This document shows, in pieces, positions 1 to 9,971 of a stretch of DNA of 64,000 nucleotides. A program made the position numbers and the translations under genes. Each line of letters begins with the position of its first letter. The stretch's first letter is position 1. The notes under the pieces were generated by a model that saw only the letters and a program-made list of their open reading frames with translations, did no database searches and had not been told where the DNA came from. The DNA is from Chitinimonas koreensis (GTDB lineage: Bacteria; Pseudomonadota; Gammaproteobacteria; Burkholderiales; Chitinimonadaceae), in contig NZ_CP060704.1 in the NCBI RefSeq assembly GCF_014353015.1, forward strand, positions 1,282,210-1,346,209, in the 5' to 3' direction.

Positions 1-165
1 TCCCCCTTTGAAGGGGGAGGAGCAGGGCGCGCCGAATTCAATCGTCGGTGAACGTCAGACCTGTCGCCATGCGGCTCCCTCCCTTCAAGGGAGGGCTGGG
101 GTGGGGATGGGTTACACCTCACCCCTCACGCCTCACCCCTCACACGACCTACCCTCTTCACCCGC
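1..165. repeat. Palindromic intergenic repeat, family A (core CCCCCTTGAAGGGGGAGG plus GGGTTACACCTCACCCCTCAC arm)
   Basis: Same composite element recurs at 46610-46835, 48741-48945 and 56700-56875. Both arms are inverted repeats. Confidence 0.7.
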
Positions 166-2038
166 CGTCCGCTCACTGCCGCTCGTCGACCGCCATGCAC
201 TCCACCCCCTCTACCGCCTGCTCGCCTGCACCGCGCTCGCCTTGGCCGCCGCGCCCAGCGCCCTGCGGCTCGGTCAGCCCGTGCTGCAGCGCCTGCTCGA
301 TCCGGCTGCCACCACCGTGGCCGTGCGCGAGGATGCGCCGCTGGCCGTCGCCGAGCTGTCGGCGCGCGCCGCCGCAGCCTTCCCCGGCCGGCCCTTGCGG
401 GCCGTCGCCGCGCCGGACCGTCCCGGCCTGGCCGCCCGCGTCGAGCTGGCAACGGCCGGGGGCGGCGTCGATACCCGCTACCTCGATCCCTACGACGGCA
501 AGCCGCTGGCGCGGCCGGCCGGCCGCCGCTTCTTCGCCGCGCTGGCGCAGCGCCATGCCCGGCTCGGCGGCCATCCGGCCAGCCTGCTGCTGGGCGCGGC
601 GGCGCTGGCCGCGCTGTGGCGGCTGCGCCGGACGGCGCCGGCGGCCGGCGCGCGCCGCGCCGCACTGCTGGTGGCTCACGCCAGCCAGACCGGCCATGCG
701 GAGGCGCTGGCCGGCCAGACCGCCGCGGCGCTGGCCGCCGCCGGCCTGGAGGTCGAGCTCCGGCCGCTCGGCGAATTGCGCCCGGCCGACCTCGCGCGCC
801 ACGCGCGCGCACTGCTGCTGGTCAGCACCTTCGGCGACGGCGAGTCGCCCGACAGCGCCCACGCCTTCGCCCGCCAGCTGCGCGGCGGCGCGGCGCTGGC
901 CGGGCTCGAATACGGCCTGCTGGCGCTGGGCGACCGCAGCTACCCGGCGTTCTGCGGCTTCGGCCGCCAGCTCGACGGCTGGCTGCGCGAGCACGGCGCG
1001 CGGCCGTGGTTCGACCGCATCGAGGTCGACCGCAGCGATCCGGCCGCCATCGCCGCCTGGCGCCGCGCGATCGAAGCCCATTGCGCGCTGCCCGGCGGCG
1101 CGGCGCTGCCGGCCTGGCAGGAGGCGGCGTTCGAGCCGTGGCCGCTGACCGGCCGCGCGCTGCTCAATCCGGGCAGCCTCGGCGGCGCCACGGTGCAGGT
1201 GACGCTGCAGCCGCCGTCCGGCGCGGCCGGCTGGGATTCGGGCGACGTGGTCGAAATCCTGCCGCGCCAGGCGCCCGCGCGGGTGGCCGGCTGGCTGGCC
1301 GAACGCGGGCTGGACGGCGCCGCGCCGGTCCGCTTCGGCGGCCGCGACGCCACGCTGGCCCAAGCGTTGGCCGCCAGCGAGGCGCCGCCGGCCGGGCCGG
1401 CCGCCTCGGCGCAGGCGCTGGCCGACGCGCTGCAGCCCTTGCGGCCGCGCGAATACTCGATCGCCTCGCTGGCGAGCGAAGGCCGGCTCGAGCTGATGGT
1501 GCGGCAGATCGCCCTGGCCGACGGCCTCGGCATCGGCTCCGGCTGGCTCACCGAATACGCCGAGCCCGGCGGCCCGGTGCTGGCGCGGCTGCGCGCCAAC
1601 CCGTCCTTCCACCTGCCGGCCGAGCCGCGGCCGCTGGTGCTGGTCGGCAACGGCACCGGCCTGGCTAGCCTGCGCGCCCATCTCAAGGCCTGCGCCGCGG
1701 CCGGCCACGGCGGCCACTGGCTGATCTTCGGCGAGCGCAGCGCGGCGCACGACTTCTACCATCGCGGCGAACTCGAGGCCTGGCTGGCCGACGGCACGCT
1801 GGCGCGGCTCGACACCGCCTTCTCGCGCGACCAGGCCGAGCGCATCTACGTGCAGGACCTGCTGCGCGCGGCGGCCGACGAGCTGCAGGCCTGGCTGGCG
1901 CGCGGCGCCGCGATCTACGTCTGCGGCAGCGCGGCCGGCATGGCGCCGGCGGTGCACGCGGTGCTGCTGGAGCGGCTCGGCGAGGCCGGGCTCGATGCGC
2001 TGATCGCGGCCGGCCGCTACCGGCGCGACGTGTACTAG
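8..2038 (+). CDS. Flavodoxin/FAD/NAD(P)-binding reductase (sulfite-reductase-flavoprotein / CysJ-like) with N-terminal membrane (PepSY-TM-like) segment. True start uncertain, probably near 170-200 after the repeat
   Basis: ORF translation shows flavodoxin motif LLLVSTFGDGESPD, FAD motif REYSIAS, NAD motif LVLVGNGTGLA and C-terminal YVCGS. The ORF's 5' end runs through the family A repeat, so the start is unclear. Confidence 0.7.
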   Translation: MKGEEQGAPNSIVGERQTCRHAAPSLQGRAGVGMGYTSPLTPHPSHDLPSSPAVRSLPLVDRHALHPLYRLLACTALALAAAPSALRLGQPVLQRLLDPAATTVAVREDAPLAVAELSARAAAAFPGRPLRAVAAPDRPGLAARVELATAGGGVDTRYLDPYDGKPLARPAGRRFFAALAQRHARLGGHPASLLLGAAALAALWRLRRTAPAAGARRAALLVAHASQTGHAEALAGQTAAALAAAGLEVELRPLGELRPADLARHARALLLVSTFGDGESPDSAHAFARQLRGGAALAGLEYGLLALGDRSYPAFCGFGRQLDGWLREHGARPWFDRIEVDRSDPAAIAAWRRAIEAHCALPGGAALPAWQEAAFEPWPLTGRALLNPGSLGGATVQVTLQPPSGAAGWDSGDVVEILPRQAPARVAGWLAERGLDGAAPVRFGGRDATLAQALAASEAPPAGPAASAQALADALQPLRPREYSIASLASEGRLELMVRQIALADGLGIGSGWLTEYAEPGGPVLARLRANPSFHLPAEPRPLVLVGNGTGLASLRAHLKACAAAGHGGHWLIFGERSAAHDFYHRGELEAWLADGTLARLDTAFSRDQAERIYVQDLLRAAADELQAWLARGAAIYVCGSAAGMAPAVHAVLLERLGEAGLDALIAAGRYRRDVY

Positions 2039-2061
2039 GGCTGCGTCGTCCACATCCGATG

Positions 2062-2232
2062 GCCGGGGCTGCAGGAGCGGCTTCAGCCGCGAATGCGTGG
2101 GGGCGCCGTCTGCCATTCGCGGCTGAAGCCGCTCCTACGCGGGGGCCTGGCAGGTCGGGCTTCATGCCCGACGGCGCCGCCGGCCGAGGCCGCTGTCGGG
2201 CGTAAAGCCCGACCTGCTTCGCTCGCGCAACG
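2062..2232. repeat. REP-like palindromic element, family C (GCAGGAGCGGCTTCAGCCGCGAAT...ATTCGCGGCTGAAGCCGCTCCTACG plus GTCGGGCTTCATGCCCGAC hairpins)
   Basis: Near-identical units at 4800-4925, 12345-12500, 45258-45350 and 61088-61200. All copies are intergenic. Confidence 0.75.
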
Positions 2233-2471
2233 ACGCCGTTGCCGGGAACGACGGCATGACGGCGCGCCGGCCGCTCGGCGCCTCGCCGGCCACCGTCCCG
2301 AATTCGTCGGCCGGCCGGCGGTCAGCTCAGGCAGGAGCCCGTCGCGCACGCTCTCCTCTCGTCCGCGCCCGACTCGGACTAAGCTTTAGCCAGCCGCGAC
2401 GCGGCCGGCGAGGTTCCGGCCGGGCCGGATGCCGTGGGGGCATCGATCGCCGCGGCGCCGAGAGAGGACGC

Positions 2472-4758
2472 ATGGACCACACCCTGGAGCGCATCGGCCG
2501 CGTGATACGCCGCCATCCGCGCCGCGCCATCGCGCTGTTCGCCCGTGCCGAGGAGAGCGCGCGCGAGGCCGGCGCGCTCGCCTGCCAGCTCGATGCGCTG
2601 TACCAGCGCTATTTCACGCTCGAATACCTGGGCGAGGAGGGCGGCATCGCCGACGCGCTCTACCACGGCCTGCAACTGGCCGAGCAGCACGGCATGGCGC
2701 GCCAGGCCGGCCGCATGCTGGAGGCGATCGGGCGGCTGCGCTATGCCCGCGGCGAGTACCGCGAGGCGGCCCAGTTCTGGGCGCGCTGCCTCGATACCTG
2801 CGCGCTGTCGGGCGATCTGCACGCCGGCATCGAGGCGCGCATCGGCCTCGGCCAGATCTACGACGCGATGGCGACAGCGCCACCGCGGCGCGCTTCCATC
2901 GCGATGCCGGCGAGCTGGCCGACCGGCTCGACGAGCCCTACCTGGCCAGCAAGGTCGCCATCAACCGCGGCTACAACCTGCGCAGCATCGGCGAGGCCGG
3001 CCAGGCCGCCGAGCAGTTCCGCCTGGCGCTGGCGGCAGCCCGCCGCGGCGGCATCAAGGAATACGTGGCCGAGAGCCATTGGCACCTGGGCGCGCTGGCG
3101 CTGGACCAGGGCGATCTGGTGCAGGCCGAGCAGGAGACGCGCACCGCGCTGGCGCTGGCCGAGGCCTCCGGCTACGGCTGGCTGCGCGGCGGCGCCTTCC
3201 GCACGCTGGCCGACATCCTGCTCAAGCAGCGCCGCTTCGACGACGCCAGCGAGGTCTACCGCCGCGCGCTCGAGCATGCGCGCCAGGTCGGCTCGCGCCG
3301 CCAGCAGGCCGATTGCCACGAGGCGTTGTCGGCGCTGGCCGAGGGGCGCGGCGACTACCGCGAGGCGCTCGGCCATGCGCGCCAGCACGCCGCGCTGCAG
3401 GCGGTGCTGCTCGAGCAGCTGGTGGTGGCCGAGCGGCTGCCGGAGCTGCAGCAGTACGACCTGTCGCAGAAGCCGCCGATCGAACAGCTGCTCGACCTGT
3501 CGACCGATGCGCTGCCGCTGGACGCGTCGGCCGCCGGCGCCGCGCTGGAGCCGGCGCTGGAACGCGTGGTGCGCGCCTCGCTGGGCATCCTGCGCATCGA
3601 ATTCGTCGCCATCTGGCTGCGCGAGCGGGCCGGCGCCGATGTGGTCTGCTGCAGCGTGGCCGGCCCGCCCGGCTTGCCGCTGGCGCCGGGGCGGGTGCTG
3701 GCGGCGGCCGAGCTGCCGCTGTACCACCGGCTGCATGCCCAGGTCAGCGATCCGCTGGTGGTGCACGACGCCCGGCTGCACCCGGCGGCGGCCGAGCTGC
3801 CGGCGCTGTTCGGCCCGGCCGGAGTGCGCTCGCTGCTGGAAGTGCCGCTGCGGGTGCGCGGCGACGATCTGGGCTTCGTCAGCTTCGGCCAGCTCGGCGG
3901 CCAGCGGAACTGGACCCGCGACGACGTGCTGTTCGGCACCCACCTGGCCAGCCTGGTCGAGCGCATCCTCGGCCAGCTCGAGCACGTCGCGATCCAGCAG
4001 GCGCTGGAGCGCAGCAACGAGGCGCTGGAACTGAGGGTGGCGCAGCGCACCCGCGAACTCGAGCTGGCCAACCTGGCGCTGGAAGAGGCCAGCCTGACCG
4101 ACCCGCTGACCGGCCTGCGCAACCGCCGCTTCCTGCTGCGCTACCTCGACGCCGACGTGGCGCTGAGCGTGCGCCGCCACGAGGACCGGGCGACCCGCCT
4201 GGTCGACGCCGACCTGCTGTTCTTCCTGGTCGACATCGATCATTTCAAGGCGGTGAACGACCACTGGGCCATGCCGCCGGCGACCAGGTGCTGGTGCAGC
4301 TGTGCGAGCGGCTGCGCCTGGTGGTGCGCGAGGCCGACTACCTGGTGCGCTGGGGCGGCGAGGAATTCCTGGTGGTGGCGCGCGAATCGAACCGCGACAA
4401 GGCGGCGGTGCTGGCCGAGCGGATCCGCCTGGCGGTGGCCGAGCGCGCCTTCAAGCTGGAGGACGGCACCTCGCTGGCGATGAGCTGCTCGATCGGCTTC
4501 GCCTGCTTCCCGTTCGCGCCGACCCGGCCGGCGCAGGCGAGCTGGCCCCAGGTGGTGGACCTGGCCGACCAGGCGCTCTACCTGGCCAAGCACGGCGGCC
4601 GCAACGCCTGGTTCGGCCTGGTCGGCGCGCGTCCGGCCCGGCCCGCGCTGCCCGACGGCCAGGGCGCGCTGCGTGCGGCGGTGCTGCGCGGCGACCTGAA
4701 CGTGGCGACCAGCCTGGCGCCGGCCGCGGTCGAGGCGGCCTGGGCGGCGCTGGGCTGA
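2472..4758 (+). CDS. TPR-repeat / GAF / GGDEF diguanylate cyclase, with two apparent frameshifts (~2870 and ~4270)
   Basis: Three overlapping frames together give MDHTLER..TPR repeats..GAF (EVPLRVRGDDLGFVSF)..GGDEF (RWGGEEF, DHFKAVND, GHAAGD). The shifts fall at CCGCCACCGCGG and CCACTGGGCCATGCCGCC runs. Confidence 0.7.
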
Positions 4759-4924
4759 GGCGGGTACTTCGCCGGTACGGTTGTCGCCGTCAAGCACCGA
4801 TCGCGCGCATGGTAGGCCGGGCTTTATGCCCGACGGCGATCTTTATCGGCGTGGCTGTCGGCATAAAGCCCGACCTGCGAAAGTCCCGCCGCAGGAGCGG
4901 CTTCGGCCGCGATGCGTGGGGCGC

Positions 4925-5035
4925 GTACTGCCGGCAAATCCTTCACCGCCGAGGACCCGGAGCGGGAACGGCAGCGCGGAAACGCATGGATCTTCGAAGC
5001 CTCGGCTTTTCCTCGGCGTCCTCCGCGGTGAATCT
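4925..5035. repeat. Palindromic repeat, family D (CACCGCCGAGGAC...GTCCTCGGCGTCCTCCGCGGTG)
   Basis: Inverted-repeat element. Other copies at 5715-5812 and 59375-59465. Together with the 5715 copy it flanks the PepSY-TM gene. Confidence 0.6.
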
Positions 5036-5041
5036 GTTTTA

Positions 5042-5599
5042 TCAGGGCACGAAGACGAAGAAGATCACCGCCAGCACCGCCAGGCTCACGCCGGTCAGCT
5101 GCAGGCTGGTGGCCAGCCGGAAGCGCAGGCTGAAGAACAGCACATAGCCCAGCAGCGAGAACGCCAGCGTCAGCACCGCGGTCAGGTCGATCACCCAGCT
5201 CCAGGCTGCGCCGCTGTTCTTGCCGCGGTGCAGGTCGTGCAGCATGGTGGTCACCGTGGCCGGCTCGACCGTGGCCTCGACCTGGCCGCTGGCCAGGTCG
5301 ATCAGCAGGTCCGACTTGCCGCTGACGCCTTCGAAGCGGATCTGCGCCTCGCCGTCGATCACCTCGCCGCTCTTGTAGCCGCCCTTGAGCGCAATGCGCT
5401 CGGCCACGATGGCCGCCAGCGCGCGCGCCGGATCGGCCGAGCCAGCCGCCTCGCGCAGCTCGGCCGCGTCGAGCCTGAGCGTGTGGTCGACCGCCGGATT
5501 GCGGCCCTTGAACCAGTCCGGGTGGTTGAGCAGCAGGCCGGACAGCGAGAACAGCATCAGTGCGATGAAGGCGAAGGCCGACAGGTAGGCATGCAGCAT
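5042..5599 (-). CDS. PepSY-associated TM-helix family membrane protein
   Basis: 185 aa with N- and C-terminal TM helices and a periplasmic core. Lies next to ApbE/DUF2271/DUF4198 genes. Confidence 0.55.
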   Translation of the reverse strand: MLHAYLSAFAFIALMLFSLSGLLLNHPDWFKGRNPAVDHTLRLDAAELREAAGSADPARALAAIVAERIALKGGYKSGEVIDGEAQIRFEGVSGKSDLLIDLASGQVEATVEPATVTTMLHDLHRGKNSGAAWSWVIDLTAVLTLAFSLLGYVLFFSLRFRLATSLQLTGVSLAVLAVIFFVFVP

Positions 5600-5714
5600 G
5601 CGCGACTGGCGGTAGAGCCAGCTCTTGTCGAAGCGGGGCGGGGAGCGGTCATGGGGGTGGGCAACTAAAGCGGGGGCGACTGGCAGGCAGGGGGCCGACC
5701 TCGACGGACTCCAT

Positions 5715-5812
5715 TGACCGCAGAGGACGCCGAGGACATGGAGCTAGGCCGCACGCATTCCTGCCTTCGGCCTTTCCTCCGCGTCCTCGGCGTCCTCCGC
5801 GGTGCAATGCTT
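5715..5812. repeat. Palindromic repeat, family D
   Basis: CGCAGAGGACGCCGAGGACATGGAG....TCCTCCGCGTCCTCGGCGTCCTCCGCGGTG, inverted repeat. Confidence 0.6.
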
Positions 5813-5822
5813 TTCGCTGCGC

Positions 5823-7406
5823 TCAGGCGGCTTTGCCGAAGCGCAGCACGATGGCGCCGAGCTCGTCCTTGGCCGGCGCCGGCTGGCTCAGCGGCTTGGC
5901 GCCGAGCTCGACCTCGAAGGTCTGGTAGGTATGGCCGCCGTGCTCGCGCGAGGCTTCGACGTGCACCAGGTACTTGCCTTGGCCGACCTTGCGGCCGCTC
6001 TCGTCGCTGCCGTCCCAGCCGATCGAATACTTGCCCGGCATGCGGGTGGGCTTGGTCACCGCGTCGAGCTGCTCGATCTTGCGGCCGTAGCGGCGCCACC
6101 AGACGTAGTTCGAATCGATCCACTTCTCCTTGTTGCCGAGGTGGGTCAGGTTGCGCACCAGCTTGCGCTCGGTGTCGGTGATCCAGATCGCCAGGTAGGG
6201 CGCCTTGTATTCGCCGGTGTCGATCTTGGGCACTTCGTAGTCGATGCTCAGCGCGAAGCTGGCCGGCCACGGCGCGGCGGCGGCCGCATCGGCCGTGCGC
6301 AGGAAACGCGGTTCGGCGGCGGCCTGTTCGCGCCGGGCGGCCAGCGCCGGCCAGCCGGCCGAATGCAGCTGGCGGCCGTCGGCGGTGAACAGCAGCGCCT
6401 CGACGCCGGGCAGGCTGTCGGCCAGCGCCAGGCTCTGCGCCGGCGGCATCACCGCGAAGGCGGTCGCCAGCGCGTCGGCGTCGGCGGCGCGGGCGGCCAC
6501 TACGGTGGCGCGCTCGACCAGCGTCACCGCCTGGCCGGTGCGCGGCGACACGATATGGGCGTGGCGCTCGCCGGCCACCGTCAGGTCGCGCTGGCCGCGG
6601 CCGCTGGTGGCGACCGCCTGGTCGCCGACCAGCAGCACCGCCGCCACCGGCGCGTTGTCGTGGGTCTGTTCCGGCTGGGCGACGCCGACGCGCCAGCCCT
6701 CGAGCTGCGGCGCGCGGCCCCAGCTGCGCAGGTCGCCGCCGAGGTCGACCAGCAGGCCGTCGAGGCCTTCGACCTGGTCGCGTGCCGCCTCGAGCGCGCG
6801 GTCGATGATGTAGCCCTTGGCCAGCGCGTCCATCGCCAGCTTCAGGCCGGCCGGCTTGGTCACCGTGCGGCCGGCCGGGTCGAGCGTCAGCGTGGCGGAT
6901 TCGGCCTGTGCCACGGCCTGCTGCAGCGCGGCCGCATCCAGCGTCCCGCCGGCCGCGGCGGCCTGCCACTGCGCCAGCGCGGCGCCGAGCCGGCCGCTGA
7001 AGGCGCCGCCGGTGGCCGTGCGCCATCGCTCGCAGGCGGCGATCACGGCGTAGAGGTCGTCCGATACCGCCATGCCGTCGCAGGCGTTCAGCGCGGCCAG
7101 TTCGCTGTCGGGCCGGTAATTGCTCAGCACGCGGTCGAGCCGGTCGATCTCGGCGCGCACCACCGCCAGCGCCTCGCGCGCGGTCGCCTCGTCGCGGCTC
7201 ACCGCCACCACGTCGAGCGAGGTGCCCAGCACGTGATCGGCATGGAAGCTCCAGCTCGGCGCGGCGGCTGGCCGGGTCGCCGGCGCGTCGGGCCGGGCGG
7301 CCGGGGCGGGCAGTTCGGCCTGCGCCGCGAGCGGGGCCAGCAGGCCGGCCGCGGCGAGCAGCCGGGTGCCGATGGAAAGGCGGTGAGGCCAGGAAAGTTG
7401 CCGCAT
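5823..7406 (-). CDS. apbE: FAD:protein FMN transferase (ApbE family) fused to a C-terminal DUF2271 domain. Signal peptide present
   Basis: N-terminal signal peptide. ApbE-like core (HVLGTSLDV.., GYIIDRA). C-terminal 140 aa is typical of DUF2271 (KAPYLAIWITD..KYLVHVEASREHGGH). Confidence 0.7.
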   Translation of the reverse strand: MRQLSWPHRLSIGTRLLAAAGLLAPLAAQAELPAPAARPDAPATRPAAAPSWSFHADHVLGTSLDVVAVSRDEATAREALAVVRAEIDRLDRVLSNYRPDSELAALNACDGMAVSDDLYAVIAACERWRTATGGAFSGRLGAALAQWQAAAAGGTLDAAALQQAVAQAESATLTLDPAGRTVTKPAGLKLAMDALAKGYIIDRALEAARDQVEGLDGLLVDLGGDLRSWGRAPQLEGWRVGVAQPEQTHDNAPVAAVLLVGDQAVATSGRGQRDLTVAGERHAHIVSPRTGQAVTLVERATVVAARAADADALATAFAVMPPAQSLALADSLPGVEALLFTADGRQLHSAGWPALAARREQAAAEPRFLRTADAAAAAPWPASFALSIDYEVPKIDTGEYKAPYLAIWITDTERKLVRNLTHLGNKEKWIDSNYVWWRRYGRKIEQLDAVTKPTRMPGKYSIGWDGSDESGRKVGQGKYLVHVEASREHGGHTYQTFEVELGAKPLSQPAPAKDELGAIVLRFGKAA

Positions 7407-7541
7407 TTTTTAGTTCTCCCGCGCGCGAGGGGCGCCGCTGATCGAGTGGTTCGGACAGACCGCGATTGTCTTGAAAATGAGAGTTATTTTCAATAAGATT
7501 CCCGGCTCATCCTCGAATGTAATCAGCACACGGAGACGGCA

Positions 7542-8462
7542 ATGAAGCGGACGGGCGGGCAACTCAGAACAACCGTGACCTTGCTGGGCCTGGCGGCCGC
7601 ATTGCTGGCCCCGGCGGCATCGGCCCACGGCGGCCCCTACCTGTTGCCGACCAGCTTCGCGGTGACGCGCGACTACGTGAGCGTGCAGGGCGCGATGGGC
7701 AACGAGGTGTTCTTCATCCCGACCGGCCCGATCCGCAACGCGGTCTACTACGCGGTGAGCCCGGCCGGCACGCGGCAGAAGCTCGACGGCGTGACCGCGC
7801 TGAAGGACTACAGCGTGATCGAGGCGCCGACCACCGAGAAGGGCACCTACCGGCTGACCACCGGCGACGAGATCGCGCGCACCAGCCGCGTGGCGCTGAT
7901 CGAAGGCACCTGGCGCATGGTGCGGCCGGCCAACCCGAACCAGGGCAACCAGGCCGGCGGCCAGCGTCCGCAAGGCGAAGGCCGCCCTGCCGCGCCCGCC
8001 AACCCGGCCCAGCCGCCGCGGCCGCCGCGTTTCATCGAGGAATCGGCCTTGCCGGCCGACGCCAAGGTGATCGAAGTGCGCAGCCTGGCGCGCGCCGAGA
8101 CCTACGTCACCCGCGGCAAGCCGACCGACGGCGCGCTCAAGCCGAGCGGCCAGGGCTTCGAGCTCAAGCCGATCACCCATCCGAACGACATCTACGTCGA
8201 CCAGGGCTTCGAATTCGAGCTGCTCGAAGACGGCAAGCCCTTGCCCGGCGTGGCGGTCGAGATCGCCCGCGCCGGCAACTTCTACGACGAGAAGAAGGAA
8301 TACGCCGAGCTCAAGACCGACGCCAACGGCCGCGGCAAGGTCAAGTTCGACCAGCCGGGCGCCTACATCCTGCTGACCAGCTACCCGGCCCCGCGCGAGC
8401 GCACCGAGCAGCCGGCGGCGCGCAGCTACAGCTACACGCTGACCTTCGAAGTGATGCGCTGA
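7542..8462 (+). CDS. DUF4198 domain periplasmic protein (metal-uptake associated)
   Basis: Signal peptide followed by HGGPYLLPTSF; family commonly found next to ApbE/DUF2271. Confidence 0.6.
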   Translation: MKRTGGQLRTTVTLLGLAAALLAPAASAHGGPYLLPTSFAVTRDYVSVQGAMGNEVFFIPTGPIRNAVYYAVSPAGTRQKLDGVTALKDYSVIEAPTTEKGTYRLTTGDEIARTSRVALIEGTWRMVRPANPNQGNQAGGQRPQGEGRPAAPANPAQPPRPPRFIEESALPADAKVIEVRSLARAETYVTRGKPTDGALKPSGQGFELKPITHPNDIYVDQGFEFELLEDGKPLPGVAVEIARAGNFYDEKKEYAELKTDANGRGKVKFDQPGAYILLTSYPAPRERTEQPAARSYSYTLTFEVMR

Positions 8463-8561
8463 ACGCGATCGTCGAACTGAAAAAAGCCCCGCCATGGCGG
8501 GGCTTTTCGTTTGGGCCGCGGTGCTGCGACGGCCTTGATCCGTCCGGCCGAACCGCTCCGC

Positions 8562-9209
8562 TCAAGCCGCGCTGGCGGCGGTGAAGCGACGGCGCGAATG
8601 CTTCGGCGCCTCGATCTCGTCGAGCACCGCCACCGCCAGGTCGGCGCTGCTGATGCCGGCCGGCTTGTCGCCGTCGAACAGCACCTCGTCGCCGCCGGTG
8701 CGGTAACGGCCGCTGCGCGCGCCCGGGGCCAGGAAGACCGGCGGCGAGACGAAGGTCCAGTCCAGCCCGGCCTCGCCCTGCAGCCGGCGCAGCGCGTCGC
8801 GCGCGCCCTCGGCGCCTTCCTTCCATTCGGCCGGGAAGTCCGGCGTATCGAGCAGCTGCACGCCCGGCGCCACGTAGAGGCTGCCGGCGCCGCCGATCTC
8901 GACCAGGCGCGCCACGCCGGCCGCCTTGCTGCCGGCGACGATGGCGTCGTGGCCCTGCACGAACAGCGCGCGGATGTCGGCCTTGCCCCAGCCGGGGTTG
9001 AAGGCGCTCAGCACGACGTCGGCGCCGGCCACCGCCGCGGCCACCTGGGCCGGGTCGTAGACGTCGGCGATCGCCGGCTGCAGCTTGGGATGGGCGTGCA
9101 GCTTCGAGGCGTCGCGGGTCAGCGCGATCACGTCGTGGCCGCGTTCGAGCGCTTCGGCCAGCAGGGCGCTGCCGACGAAGCCGGTGGCACCGATCAGGGC
9201 GATTTTCAT
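8562..9209 (-). CDS. NAD(P)H-binding atypical SDR (NmrA/BVR-like)
   Basis: MKIALIGATGFVGSALL Rossmann motif; 215 aa; ATG placed at 9207-9209. Confidence 0.75.
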   Translation of the reverse strand: MKIALIGATGFVGSALLAEALERGHDVIALTRDASKLHAHPKLQPAIADVYDPAQVAAAVAGADVVLSAFNPGWGKADIRALFVQGHDAIVAGSKAAGVARLVEIGGAGSLYVAPGVQLLDTPDFPAEWKEGAEGARDALRRLQGEAGLDWTFVSPPVFLAPGARSGRYRTGGDEVLFDGDKPAGISSADLAVAVLDEIEAPKHSRRRFTAASAA

Positions 9210-9241
9210 GGGTCGTTCTCCTTGGCTTGGATGAGTGGGTT

Positions 9242-9859
9242 TCAGGCGACGAGCGTCGCGATGTGGTCGATCAGCGTTTGCGGCTGGTACAGATACTGGC
9301 CCGGCACCACCCGCTCGCCGGCCAGCAGCGCCGGCACGCCTTGCAGCCGGTGGCGCTGCATCAGGTCGCGGGCGGCGTCGAGCCGGGCCTGCGCGCCGGC
9401 AGGCCAGCCCGCGGCCAGGCGCTGGCGGAAATCCGCCGCGTCGAGGCCGAACTCGGCTGCCGCCTCGGCCAGCGTGGCCGGCGTATGCGGCAGGCCGTCG
9501 AGGTAGCGCAGTGCCTGGATGCGGTGCAGCGCGGCCAGCGCGGCGTCGGGCCGGGCGGCCTCGATCAGCAGCCAGGCCTGGGTCGCCAGGGTGGAATCGA
9601 ACGGCGTCTCCAGGTCGGCCAGCACGCGTTCGCGGTAGGCGGCGCTGAACGGTTGGCCGGTCATCTCGGCGATGCGGCGGTCGTTGCGCCAGAAGTAGTC
9701 GGCGCGCTCGGCGCTCATCGCTTGCGGCCGGGCGAACAGGCCGGTCGGCAGCAGCGTCCAGTCGGGCGACAGCGCCGCGTCGAGCGCGGCCAGCGCCGGC
9801 TGGGCGCCGTAGCACCAGCCGCACAGCGGGTCGAACAGCAGGGTGAGCTTGGCTTGCAT
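9242..9859 (-). CDS. DsbA-family thioredoxin-like oxidoreductase (FrnE-like)
   Basis: LLFDPLCGWCYG CxxC motif. Confidence 0.75.
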   Translation of the reverse strand: MQAKLTLLFDPLCGWCYGAQPALAALDAALSPDWTLLPTGLFARPQAMSAERADYFWRNDRRIAEMTGQPFSAAYRERVLADLETPFDSTLATQAWLLIEAARPDAALAALHRIQALRYLDGLPHTPATLAEAAAEFGLDAADFRQRLAAGWPAGAQARLDAARDLMQRHRLQGVPALLAGERVVPGQYLYQPQTLIDHIATLVA

Positions 9860-9971
9860 GACGGGGATTCCGGCTTGGTTTGCGATGGCGCCATCATGCC
9901 CGCGTCGATTGATCGGATAAACATTGCAAAGCAGAATTCATCGTTCCTGAATTGAGAACGATGAGACGGCC

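Noticed and set aside
5665-8826. Several 150-560 aa ORFs on the strand opposite apbE and the DUF4198 gene (e.g. 5802-7496, 7410-8495)
   Set aside because: Arg/Ala-rich antisense translations that overlap well-supported genes.
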